From Octopus bimaculoides (taxonomy: Eukaryota), in the NCBI RefSeq assembly GCF_001194135.2, contig NC_068988.1, positions 68,021,014-68,085,013 of the forward strand: a stretch of 64,000 bases of DNA, in the 5' to 3' direction. This document shows positions 27,473 through 38,825 of the stretch, piece by piece (position 1 is the stretch's first letter; each line of letters starts with the position of its first letter). Below the pieces are notes generated by a model. The model ran no database searches. It was not told where the DNA came from and saw only the letters and a program-made list of their open reading frames with translations. Position numbers and translations under genes: made by a program.

Positions 27473-27595
27473 TTGAAGAAAAACAACAAAAATTCGTCAG
27501 GTTATAGCAGTACGGACGTTTCGTACAAACTTTTGAAGTTCGTACGAAACGTACGTACTACTATAACCTAATGAATTTTTGTTGCTTTTGTTCAA
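27473..27595. repeat. 123-bp palindrome: 60-bp arms, 53/60 matched, 3-nt loop
   Basis: ...AAATTCGTCAGGTTATAGCAGTACGGACGTTTCGTACAAACTT-TTG-AAGTTCGTACGAAACGTACGTACTACTATAACCTAATGAATTT... Confidence 0.9.
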
Positions 27596-27930
27596 GTTTT
27601 ATTCACCAAATCTCTTGATTTTGTTTTGGGTTTTTACCCTACCAAATTCTGGTGCCTCAAATATTTTAAGTACCACACTTGATCTTTTGATTAAATCTAT
27701 ATTATATATATATATATNNNNNNNNNNNNNNNNNNNNNNNNNNNNNNNNNNNNNNNNNNNNNNNNNNNNNNNNNNNNNNNNNNNNNNNNNNNNNNNNNNN
27801 NNNNNNNNNNNNNNNNNNNNNNNNNNNNNNNNNNNNNNNNNNNNNNNNNNNNNNNNNNNNNNNNNNNNNNNNNNNNNNNNNNNNNNNNNNNNNNNNNNNN
27901 NNNNNNNNNNNNNNNNNNNNNNNNNNNNNN

Positions 27931-28535
27931 CCACTAATGTATTACCTTACCTTACTATTAACATATTGCTTTTTGTGGTAAATGAGTAGTTTTCACTCTT
28001 ATTTCCGCAATGTTGGTACTACTTTGTACCCTTGTCACTTTAGTGACATTTATAGATTTGCCTTTAGGTTTTGAATTGCAAACAAGCCACCTACATTATT
28101 AATAGTTTACACTTCCACCGTTTTGAAACAGCAGATGCTTCCAACGAGACGGTTTGAGCTTAACCTTAGGCGAAGTAAGTTCCACTACTCTAGATTTCTA
28201 TTAATATTTACCTTCCCCCCACTAATGTATTACCTTACCTTACTATTAACATATTGCTTTTTGTGGTAAATGAGTTGTTTTCACTCTTATTTCCGCAATG
28301 TTGGTACTACTTTGTACCCTTGTCACTTTAGTGACATTTATAGATTTGCCTTTAGGTTTTGAATTGCAAACAAGCCACCTACATTATTAATAGTTTACAC
28401 TTCCACCGTTTTGAAACAGCACATGCTTCCAACGAGACGGTTTGAGCTTAACCTTAGGCGAAGTAAGTTCCACTACTCTAGATTTCTATTAATATTTACC
28501 TTCCCCCCACTAATGTATTACCTTACCTTACTATT
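27931..28535. repeat. 288-bp tandem repeat, 2 copies plus a partial third, starting at a gap
   Basis: Unit start CCACTAATGTATTACC occurs at 27931, 28219 and 28507; the copies are nearly identical. Confidence 0.95.
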
Positions 28536-29806
28536 ATTTACCTAGTTATCTTTTATTTATTTTTTAATTTAATATATACATAGATATATATATTTTTTCA
28601 AACCTTTATATAAAAAAAAAACATATTTGCTATTTATAATAACTTTTCTTTATAATTTCTATTAATTTTATTCCCTACATGAATTAACTACCGTATTTAC
28701 CTCCCCTTGACAACTATATTTTTGCATAAACAAGCATGTTATCCCCTAAACTAAAAATATATTTAAAAACATTTCTTTGATATAAGAGATTTTTCCTTGC
28801 TCTCTTATTTATACACATAACATATTAACACTATACGTTTATTTTGTTTGTTTATTTATTTATTTTATTTTACATTGCACACACGAGCATTTTATCCCTT
28901 AAATTTTAAGATAACTACACAATTTTCTCTTTGATATTAGAATGTTTTCCTTGCGCACTTATTTATACAAAAACAGCATCTCCTTCTTAATTTTGTTTGC
29001 TTCTTTTCTGATTTATTTATTACATTTTAGATAATAATCCTTAAATGAACGAAACACTACTCATTTAAAAAATATGACCAATAGACTCTCTTTTACTTAT
29101 TTGCTAATACAAAATAAATTTAGGGTGCCAGTTTTTTTACTAAAGTATGTACGTATAATAAATTCATTTTTATTTATTTATTCACTATTGTATTTGTATT
29201 TTTATTTTCTTTGAACCCTACTTGAACATAAGTAAATTTTTGCGTTTGGATCTAAGTAGTAACATATTACTTGCACATAAATATATTCATACAATTTTTT
29301 GCATGCGGTTTTTATGCAGAAATTTACGTGTATTTAATATGTATGTGCGCGTAAATATATGTAGGTATATGTGGAAGATGAGATTTAAGTGCTCATTTAT
29401 TTTTATTTTATATATTTTATGTATTTCTATATGTATAAATATTTGAATGTATTTATATTCATATATGTATTCAAATATATATATAAATCTATCTATAACC
29501 CCGTCAATTTCTTATCTTTACTTAAGAATTTATATACCGATATTACTTAAATTTTTGTAAACATATTTACCCCAGTATTATTAAATACACGTTTAATTAT
29601 TATATATTGTTTATCTCTATATTTTTTAATGGTTACCCAGAGAATATAATATATAATATATTTTATATTTATTTTTTAAAATAAACTTCCTTACCCCTCT
29701 TTATATGGCCTATATACCAAACTTTACTATAAAACAATACTCGGCTGAAATGCTGCGTACACTTAACACATAAAACATAAAATGTAATAGTATATCTTTT
29801 TTCAAA

Positions 29807-29885
29807 CCTCCGACGAGATTCTACTTCACAATGATCTAAGTATTTTAATTAACATGTTAAAGTCTGAATCGAAACAGCTGTAAGG
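29807..29885 (+). ncRNA. Type I hammerhead ribozyme-like motif (U4C core variant, long helix II loop)
   Basis: Helix I CCT/AGG; core CCGACGA; helix II GATTC/GAATC; GAAAC-AGCT-GTA with predicted cleavage after 29882. Confidence 0.65.
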
Positions 29886-31623
29886 GATTATGCTTACTTT
29901 TGTAATTAATAAATATGATTATTAATTTATTTATCTCTCTCTCTATATTTCTGCATTTATGCTTATATGGATATGTACGCATACGTACATAGACGAGCGT
30001 ATGTGAATACGAGTCCCTCTTGGGGGTACCTTATTAATGATGAAATTTAATGAATGTCTAGCTATTACTAAGAACGTGTATTAAGGTGACCGACATATGA
30101 AGAAACAACTTGCTTCATTTAATCGTTTGGTTCTTGTAGAGAAGCTATGAACTTCCTCAAGTTCCTGCTAATATGGACACCCAAGAAATATCTACTATCA
30201 ATTTGCACTCAGTCATTCAGCCTTGTAATAGATACCTGCAGTTATTTTCTTCCACAGACCATGAAAGGAAATATACGCTGTTGCCCGACGACATGGAAAT
30301 AGCAGGAAAATCTCAGTCACGTGGAAGATACAAATTAGCTGATGTTGCCCTACATAAACAGGAAGAAATGGTTGTTCACGTCTGGAATGCAGTTGAACTG
30401 CTCGATTAAGTTTTTCATAATTAAACAAGTACTCATAGCTTCGTATTTCGATAATTATTATTGAGTCTAATGCTCCCCGTTATTTGGTTTCTATTAAATT
30501 ATAACTCCCCAATCGCTATTCTCATTGTAAACACTACAGTCACTACTGTGATTGTTGCACTACATTCATTATAAAATAGATTATCCCACCTTCCTCCTAT
30601 TGTTGTAGTAAATTCCCTATCTATTAGCCGTCCGCAAAAACTATCGTGTACATTAGCTATATCTACTTATTTCTACAGTTACTACAACATCTATTAACAT
30701 ATGCAAGAACGACTGCATCAGTTAAACCAATTGAAATGCTTCAATTATTATTGCAAATCCTACCGACCTAATTCTAGCAAATCAAAAGTTATTTGCATAT
30801 GTAAATTTAGCTAAAATATCGAGCACGGGATTTCGTTTTCTGTATTGAAACTCACTGGTCCATGTGGTAAAATAGAAGGATAAAGAAACATGAATAATTC
30901 AGATAATCAATCTCGAATAGGTAAAGCTAACGTCAAGCGGGAATAGCTAGTACATTCTGCTTTTCATATTAATTATCAGTAGCAATATTATCGCTTGTAA
31001 GATACATCGAAAACAATATTCTCAGTGATGAAAAAGTAAATATTTCGATAACTCAAAAGATGAAAGCATGAGTGGCAGTGAATTAGATAACAAAATAAAG
31101 ATGTTAAATGAAAATGTTAAATGACGATGTAATGCGAAACAACAAAGTTATTCATGAGGAATAATGATAACAGGGGCAGCTTTTTGGTGGAATTATGTTA
31201 TTATCCTGAAACTGTTACAAACACTGTGAGACAAATATATTAAATGCTGAAGTCAAACTAAAGGTGTTCGTGTGTTTTTAAATGGCTTATAATCACCTTC
31301 CATGCTGCAATTGTTTTTGTTTCAGCACACAATCTCAGTTCAGGTCACTTGCTATGCAAGTACATCTCCGTTATTCCTAGTTTCCCTTTTCGAATTTCTC
31401 ATAAACGGAGATCTCTTTGGCCAAGAAAGAACGCTATTTCTCTAGAATTTAAACGATACCAACAGGGTGATTTTACATATATGTGTATATGTGTGCGTGT
31501 GTGTGTGTGGGTGTGTTTGGGTGTGTGGGTGTGCCCGTGTATTCGTAGGTGTGTGTGTTTGTGTGCGTGTGTGTGTATGTCACCATGTATAAATGAATAT
31601 ATGAATGTGTGAAAGCATCTATT

Positions 31624-31673
<50 letters not shown>

Positions 31674-31851
31674 CCACGTAACACAAGCCTTCTGTAGTTT
31701 TTTCACTCTTATTATCTTNNNNNNNNNNNNNNNNNNNNNNNNNNNNNNNNNNNNNNNNNNNNNNNNNNNNNNNNNNNNNNNNNNNNNNNNNNNNNNNNNN
31801 NNNNNNNNNNNNNNNNNNNNNNNNNNNNNNNNNNNNNNNNNNNNNNNNNAT

Positions 31852-31885
<34 letters not shown>

Positions 31886-32661
31886 ATATATATATGGTTA
31901 TAGATACAATATCTATATATTACAAATACATGAATATTCGACATTGTGTGTATGTCTATATTTGAAGACTTATCTATGTGCTTTGACTCAAACTATGGAT
32001 ACACAAACTTATCCCAGTGTAAACAAAGAAATCCTCTGCGAATAGGAAATTTACAACGAAATCGAAAAAGCAGTATAATCATAGCGCTATAATTGCAATA
32101 ATACCAATGCAATGATATCATCAAACATCAAATATTGTTTAATCTAATGTGACCAAGTAATGGATCTATTTAACAGAAGAAATCTCGGAAGATGTATTTT
32201 TATCTTGAAATTAAGAATGTCAGCTAAGTCAAAGTTAATCATTTCTATATATTATTGACAAAATATATCGCGAAGCAAGAGAGAAAGAAAAGTGCAGCCG
32301 ATATATTTTTTGAAGTTAATCAATGACAGAAAAAGATATCTCCGATTCTTTTGCTTTTATAATTAAAACGTAAAATGTTATCTGTTTCAAACCTTCGCTT
32401 CACACTCTGATTGCTTCAATCTCACTGTGAACAGTTTATCTGTGTAGGCGAGCCTATGTATGTATGTATGTATGTATGTATGTATGTATGTATGTGTGTA
32501 TGTATGTATGTCATTATTCAGTTTTATTTCAAGATTTCTTGCCAACGGAGAAAGAGCCGGTTTCCAACCTAGGTCCAATGCCCCTTCATTAGAATTTCAA
32601 CAACTTCAACAGGGAAATTTTGTATGTATGTGTTTATATTTATCTATTTGTCTGTCTGTCA

Positions 32662-32700
<39 letters not shown>

Positions 32701-32715
32701 CGCGCGTGTATGTGT

Positions 32716-32945
32716 GAGGCTGTATGGTCTTATGGGTTAGATGTGGTACTCATAGAGCTAGCGAACGTGATTTCACTTCCCACACAGGGTGGGGCGTTGT
32801 GTTCTTTGAGCAAAGCACTTCATCTCATGTTGCTCTGCGATCACTTCGGCACTTGACGCGTAGCTCACCGTGCACCGGTGCAGGCAACGTCGATTTGATG
32901 GAGAGAGTGAGCTAATGTACAGCTCTATAAACAATTCATTTGTGC
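32716..32945 (+). mobile_element. Degenerate SINE with a CORE-like segment
   Basis: Decayed tRNA-like head followed by GGCGTTGTGTTCTTTGAGCAAAGCACTTCATCTCATGTTGCTC, resembling the CORE domain. Confidence 0.55.
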
Positions 32946-33051
32946 ATGTTATTTGGCAAATACTGAATACTCATACACTATATTCGACGTGAGAGTCCAA
33001 CACGCACACAGACACAGATAGACACGCGCGCGCGCGCATATATATATATAC

Positions 33052-33115
<64 letters not shown>

Positions 33116-33164
33116 GTGAAAAGATATATATAAATATTTATATATATATATAGTCTGTCATACC

Positions 33165-33204
33165 GGCCATGACGAAGGGAAATAGCCCTGAAACTCGAGT
33201 CGCC
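33165..33204 (+). ncRNA. Minimal type I hammerhead ribozyme-like motif (one extra A in the core)
   Basis: Helix I GGC/GCC; core C(A)TGACGA; helix II AGGG/CCCT with a 6-nt loop; GAAAC-TCGA-GTC with predicted cleavage after 33201. Confidence 0.75.
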
Positions 33205-33516
33205 TTTATATATATATATATTTATATACATATATATTTATATATTTGATCCTTTATATTGAACACTCAAATATTTCATCTACATTCAATACTTTCTTTC
33301 ATGGTGACATCCATTTTTATTTTATTTTATTTTATATTGTATATTGTATATTATATTATATATTGTATATTCCATATTCTATACCCCACATTAGTTCTGC
33401 AGGAATATAAATAAAACATAAAAAACAGACAGTGTTGGAACTCTTTTAAACAAAATAATATATTCCTCTATACACAATCATACAAAAAAACCACGTTTTT
33501 TGTATTTATTTTTACT

Positions 33517-33553
<37 letters not shown>

Positions 33554-33638
33554 NNNNNNNNNNTATATATATATATATATATATATGTATGCATAAGGAT
33601 TTCATAATGAGATAAAATTGAACATTTATAAATAGAAG

Positions 33639-33686
33639 GTCTTACAGCTGCTTCTAAGATATTTATTATATCCCTTCATCGGAGAC
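33639..33686 (-). ncRNA. Type I hammerhead ribozyme-like motif (U4C and A15.1G deviations)
   Basis: Minus strand: GTCT-CCGATGA-A-GGGATAT-AATAA-ATATCTT-A-GAAGC-AGCT-GTA-AGAC; helix I GTCT/AGAC. Confidence 0.65.
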
Positions 33687-33737
33687 AGTGTGAAAGAATG
33701 GTTAAGCAATAGTTAGTTTAGATAAGATAGGAATTAG

Positions 33738-33959
33738 AGGCTGGCCCTTTGAATTACAGGTACAACAGAAACAGGAAGAAAAAGTGAGAGAAATTGTGGT
33801 GAAAGAGTACAGCAGGGATCGCCACCATTCCCTGCCGGGGCCTCGTGGATCTTTAGGTGTTTTCGCTCAATAAACACTCACAACGCCCGGTCAGGGAATC
33901 GAAACCGCGATCCTATGAGCGCGAGTCTGCTGCCCTAACCACTGGGCCATTGCGCCTCC
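33738..33959 (-). mobile_element. tRNA-derived SINE, family C, 5' portion
   Basis: GGAGGCGCAATGGCCCAGTGGTTAGGGCAGC (A box) ... GGTTTCGATTCCC (B box), followed by non-tRNA sequence. Confidence 0.85.
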
Positions 33960-34416
33960 ACAATCCGTAGCGTATATAAAAAACAGCTTTCAGGGACAAT
34001 AGTAGTTTATGGAGAGGGATGTTTGCGGGTTTTTTAAACTTTTATCGAAGAACGATGAGCTGAAAAAAGTTCTTTTTATTATTCCTCGGTAGACAGCCAG
34101 TGTTGCTGAGAGCGCGAAAAAGAAAACAACAGTTACGGGATGGAGTATGGGAAACCCGGGCTACATATGTTTCATAGCGAGGGGAACCTCCGAAGTGGTG
34201 AACTCCAAGTGAAGTGTATACCGCTGATTACTCTTCAGGCCAAGGATATCTTGATTAGATTAAAGGTTACATCGTCGCAAGGAGCTATATGTTGACTCAC
34301 AGATTCAATAGGAATGTGTGAAGGACACAGTATGTGAGGGGCATATAAATGAGGTTATAAATATACATTCATAAACATATATATTCATACACACACACAC
34401 ACATATACATATATAG

Positions 34417-34420
34417 AAAG

Positions 34421-34459
<39 letters not shown>

Positions 34460-34493
34460 GAAGATAGATAGATAGAAAGAATGACAGACAGAC

Positions 34494-34560
<67 letters not shown>

Positions 34561-34565
34561 AAGAT
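34417..34565. repeat. (GATA)n microsatellite
   Basis: Directly visible. Confidence 0.95.
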
Positions 34566-34779
34566 AGACGTGAAAGTGAATACATACATATTTGTTTGCG
34601 TGTGTGTTGAATAATTTTGCAATTCATCCCCTTCTATTAAATCGTTACTGTTTATGATATGTGTAAACCAATCAGATGTATCCTGAGACGTTAAAGATTT
34701 AAAGATGTATATAGGCATATTATAGGCCTATAATTACGTGGGTGTATGGTGTTTTTGTTCCGACGGCTTACAGCATTGC

Positions 34780-35400
34780 TCCTTTCAAATATCCTGTGGG
34801 GTATTTACTATGGTTTGCTAAGTATTTCATGAAACACTACTGCTATATGTTTTACCTTCATTTGTACTAATGAAGTATTTAAGATAGAATTTGGATAATA
34901 TGTCTATCTTGTGCTTGGTGTTATCAGCTCTAAATATGTCAGTGATTTCTTCACTGATGAAAGTAGCTATGACTGTGGTCCTAGTCTGAAATTCCCCCCC
35001 CCCCTCCTTTTCACCATTGCGCAATTTAGGCCTGTTGGTCTTCTCTGTACCATATTCCTTACCAGTGAGTTTAAATTTGGTATGTTCTTGGTCTGTTTCC
35101 TTTAGCTAGGGTCTTGTAAAACCGATTAGTATTCACCTTAAATTTCATATGTATCGGAAGAATCGTTAGTATTGCTGGCGCCAATGTTTTGTGGATGCGA
35201 TATGCTTGAAGTGTTCTTTATCTGCCAAGCTGACTTAATTTTCTTTAAGTTATATTATTTTCTGTTATTATGGTATTTTGTTCTTATTCATGTTGGATCT
35301 GTCTTTTTGTAGCTCACGGACGATTGATCGACATCCCTTTCTTTTTTAACTTTTTTTATTCTTTATTTCTATTTTGGCGCGTTTGATTTGGCCGCGGGTT
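34780..35400 (-). mobile_element. Possible very old Penelope-like RT-thumb/linker remnant
   Basis: Fragmentary translations SVSYKKTDPT, VSLADKEHFKHIAS and ISEEITDIFR loosely follow PLE motif order; many stops. Confidence 0.3.
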
Positions 35401-36444
35401 TAATACTGCTAAAGTCAAGCCCGGAATCTCTTGACTACACTGTTGAGTAGATCAAATGGTTCAGTCTGTCTATTGATAAGCCACGACTGTAAATCCCCAG
35501 AAGGCTCTAATACTGTATGTTTCAATTCACACAGTTGTTTATTCCTTCGTTGTTGATGATGTGTTTACCATGGTTCTTGTTTATTGATTTTGTATTGTAT
35601 TCTTTTTTAACGTTTTCAGTCAGATTCTTCTATTCCAATGGATTTGTAGAAGTCTATGTTTTTAATTTATTTGATGAAAGGTGTGGACGAAGAAAATATT
35701 TTTGGTATCTATGTATTTTGTTATGTGTGTGTATGTTATTTCTTCATTTAAGTACTTCTTTTTCTTTTTCTCATGTTATTTGTTTTTCTTTGTTGACAGC
35801 TATGCAGTAACTTCCTATAGGTTTCACTGCTCACTTATTATGTTTCATTACATCCGTTGTATCCGTGTCCTTTTTAGTGTTTCGTGAAAAATAGGTTCCA
35901 TTGTGCTATATTTGTTCGCTTGTGGATCGTTGTGTTGCGTAGCTAGATGTTTAATTTTATCTTTTTTTTTTGTGCGTGTGTCATTTCTATAACTACGCCT
36001 ATTTCAATTTTGATCACTTTAACCTCACAAAGAATAAATCTTCAAACTCTTTCTAGTTTATCGTTTTCTTTCATACATTACATGTCCCTTTTATGAAGAT
36101 TACACATTTTGGGGTGGCATGCTACTGCACAGAATACATGTTATACATCAATATAACCATAATTTTCCCAGAGTTTTCTTAATGTTTTCATCCTTTGGAC
36201 GTTGACGTTCTTTGCCTGTTTAGTGTTAACAATTTGATTGGACAGCCTGTTTGAATTCCTTGCATTATGGCATTATCCTACAGTGGCTGTATAAGAGTAA
36301 CATACCAAAATTCATATTTATTTGTTTATTTATTTATCATTTATTATTGATGTATTTATCTCCGCGCTTAACCCTTTTTTATGTGTGTTTCAGGATAAAG
36401 CTGATAATAGTTTCAAGACTCATTTCGAAATCATTCATGATTAT

Positions 36445-36476
36445 TATTGTTGTTGTTGTAGTTTTTGTTGTTGTTG

Positions 36477-36552
<76 letters not shown>

Positions 36553-36554
36553 CA

Positions 36555-36627
<73 letters not shown>

Positions 36628-36670
36628 TTTTGTTGTTATTATTATTATCATTATTATTGTTGTTGTTGTT
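36445..36670. repeat. (TTG)n/(TTA)n compound microsatellite
   Basis: Directly visible; the source of the polyI, polyY, polyL and polyN ORFs. Confidence 0.95.
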
Positions 36671-38058
36671 TCTTGCAAACTGTTTGTGCAATTTCCGTTT
36701 ACAAAGAAATCGTTCTCTTCATTTTCAGATAAATGGCGACCAGTGATGTTTTTATTTCTTATCAAGGAGTTGAAAAGGCTAGCAGTTAGGGAAATAAAAA
36801 CATTATTACCTCGTTAAAACTCAGAAAAGGAGAAAGGGAGGGAGAAGNNNNNNNNNNNNNNNNNNNNNNNNNNNNNNNNNNNNNNNNNNNNNNNNNNNNN
36901 NNNNNNNNNNNNNNNNNNNNNNNNNNNNNNNNNNNNNNNNNNNNNNNNNNNNNNNNNNNNNNNNNNNNNNNNNNNNNNNNNNNNNNNNNNNNNNNNNNNN
37001 NNNNNNNNNNNNNNNNNNNNNNNNNNNNNNNNNNNNNNNNNNNNNNNNNNNNNNNNNNNNNNNNNNNNNNNNNNNNNNNNNNNNNNNNNNNNNNNNNNNN
37101 NNNNNNNNNNNNNNNNNNNNNNNNNNNNNNNNNNNNNNNNNNNNNNNNNNNNNNNNNNNNNNNNNNNNNNNNNNNNNNNNNNNNNNNNNNNNNNNNNNNN
37201 NNNNNNNNNNNNNNNNNNNNNNNNNNNNNNNNNNNNNNNNNNNNNNNNNNNNNNNNNNNNNNNNNNNNNNNNNNNTATACATGTATGTGTGTGTGTGTGT
37301 TTGTGTATATACAGATAGATAGATATATAGATAGAGAGATAGATACATAGTTAATTATGAGTTTGAGCGCTTGTAAAAACTAATTGCTAGATTAACTTAC
37401 ATTGTTAACACCGCTTTCTAAAATATTGTGTGTAAATTATTTAGTAAGTGAAAGTATTGTTATTTGGATCGGCAAACAAATAGTCTATGTATGAGTGTTT
37501 GTGTGAGTGTATATTGCGAGTGCTCAGATTCCCACTCCTCGGACCTGGCTGGACTTAGTTCTCCTACCCCTCACACACTCTCGACTCATTCATATCTGTC
37601 ATGCTAATTTGTCAAATCGCATCCCATATCAGGTTTCTCACTAACCAACAGACCCCGTAGATCCTTGAAAAAAAATGAGAAATTTGGGATTGCATCTTTG
37701 ACCATGTTCTTCCTAGAATCGTCTACATGCAAATGTTGAGTTTGTGCTGTTAACAGCATCATCCTCACTAATGCGTACGGCCTACGAAAGACATGTGTCC
37801 TACCCTTTCCTCCAGACCTAAGAAAGTAATTTAGTACACGAAACTAATGCGTAGAACCATTTCTGTTCTTTTATCACAGATATGTTAAATTGTTTGACAA
37901 CATTACATTGCTCTTACATTCCTCTGGTTTGTTGATAGCTTCGTACTCCAGTCAGCCTAACGTATCTAACGTCTTGCTTCCAGTTAAGCACTGAATTATA
38001 ATATAGATGCACGCGCACACGCGCACACATGCACAGTATATACCTACACTCACCCACC

Positions 38059-38108
<50 letters not shown>

Positions 38109-38109
38109 C

Positions 38110-38825
38110 CATTTTATTCTCTTATTTGTTTCAATCAGTTGACTGCCGACATGCTGGAGCACCGCCGCAAGGGATTTTATTCAAAGCAATCAACACTAGG
38201 ACGTATTCATTGTAAGCCTAGTACTTATTCCATCGGTCTCATATGTTGCATGAACTTTACAGTCTGGGCCTCATCAAGTACATCTATACGTAAAGGCCTG
38301 TGTCTCACCACAGATCCTGAGTTTTGACTGTCATGTTACTATATGCACGTCTGGTTAGGGGGCATGGCAACACATGTTGAAAGCAGTTCCATCCATAAGA
38401 GAGAGTAGCAGGATGGGTCGAAACGTCTGTTGTATTAATAAAGATTAAAATCAATTCCACCTTCTCGATACTTAAGAAATTATTATTGTTACCGCAAGTA
38501 ACACCGCAGAATTCCTGGAGTAGATCCAACGGAAATATATCCCGACAGATAACACCAGGTAGCCCAAACTTTGCCAGTGCTCTTCTCAACACTTCAACAC
38601 ACTAATCGACATATATGCATTAATCCAAAAATATGAAAAACACACACACACACACACATACACACGACGGGCTTCTTTTAATTTCCGTCAGCCAAATCCA
38701 CTTACAAAGCTTTGGTTGGTCCGAAGCTATTGAAGAAGACACCTGGGCAATGTGCGACGCTGTGGGATGGAACCTAGAACCACGTGGTTGTGAAGGAAGC
38801 TTCTTACCACAGAACTCCCGCGCCT
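38110..38825 (-). mobile_element. SINE family B split into a 5' part (about 38665-38825) and a 3' part (about 38110-38250) by intervening sequence
   Basis: Both parts match the reverse complement of the complete copy at 48299-48765 (e.g. CATGCTGGAGCACCGCC, CTAGTACTTATTC, GACGGGCTTCTTT). Confidence 0.7.

Noticed and set aside
27490-27580. GAAAC-GTAC-GTA...CTAATGA / CTGACGA in the palindrome arms as a type II hammerhead
   Set aside because: Neither helix I nor helix II can pair in that register.
27931-28535. CRISPR-like or satellite-coded ORF interpretation of the tandem arrays (also 53610-53732)
   Set aside because: Head-to-tail units without unique spacers, in a eukaryotic context with no cas genes.
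28540-29750. Very AT-rich tract as a mitochondrial control-region insertion (numt)
   Set aside because: No mitochondrial gene or tRNA sequence recognised nearby; composition alone is insufficient.
33880-33959. tRNA gene calls for SINE heads (also 48299 and 2785)
   Set aside because: A and B boxes are present, but they continue into SINE bodies and I could not draw a full cloverleaf.
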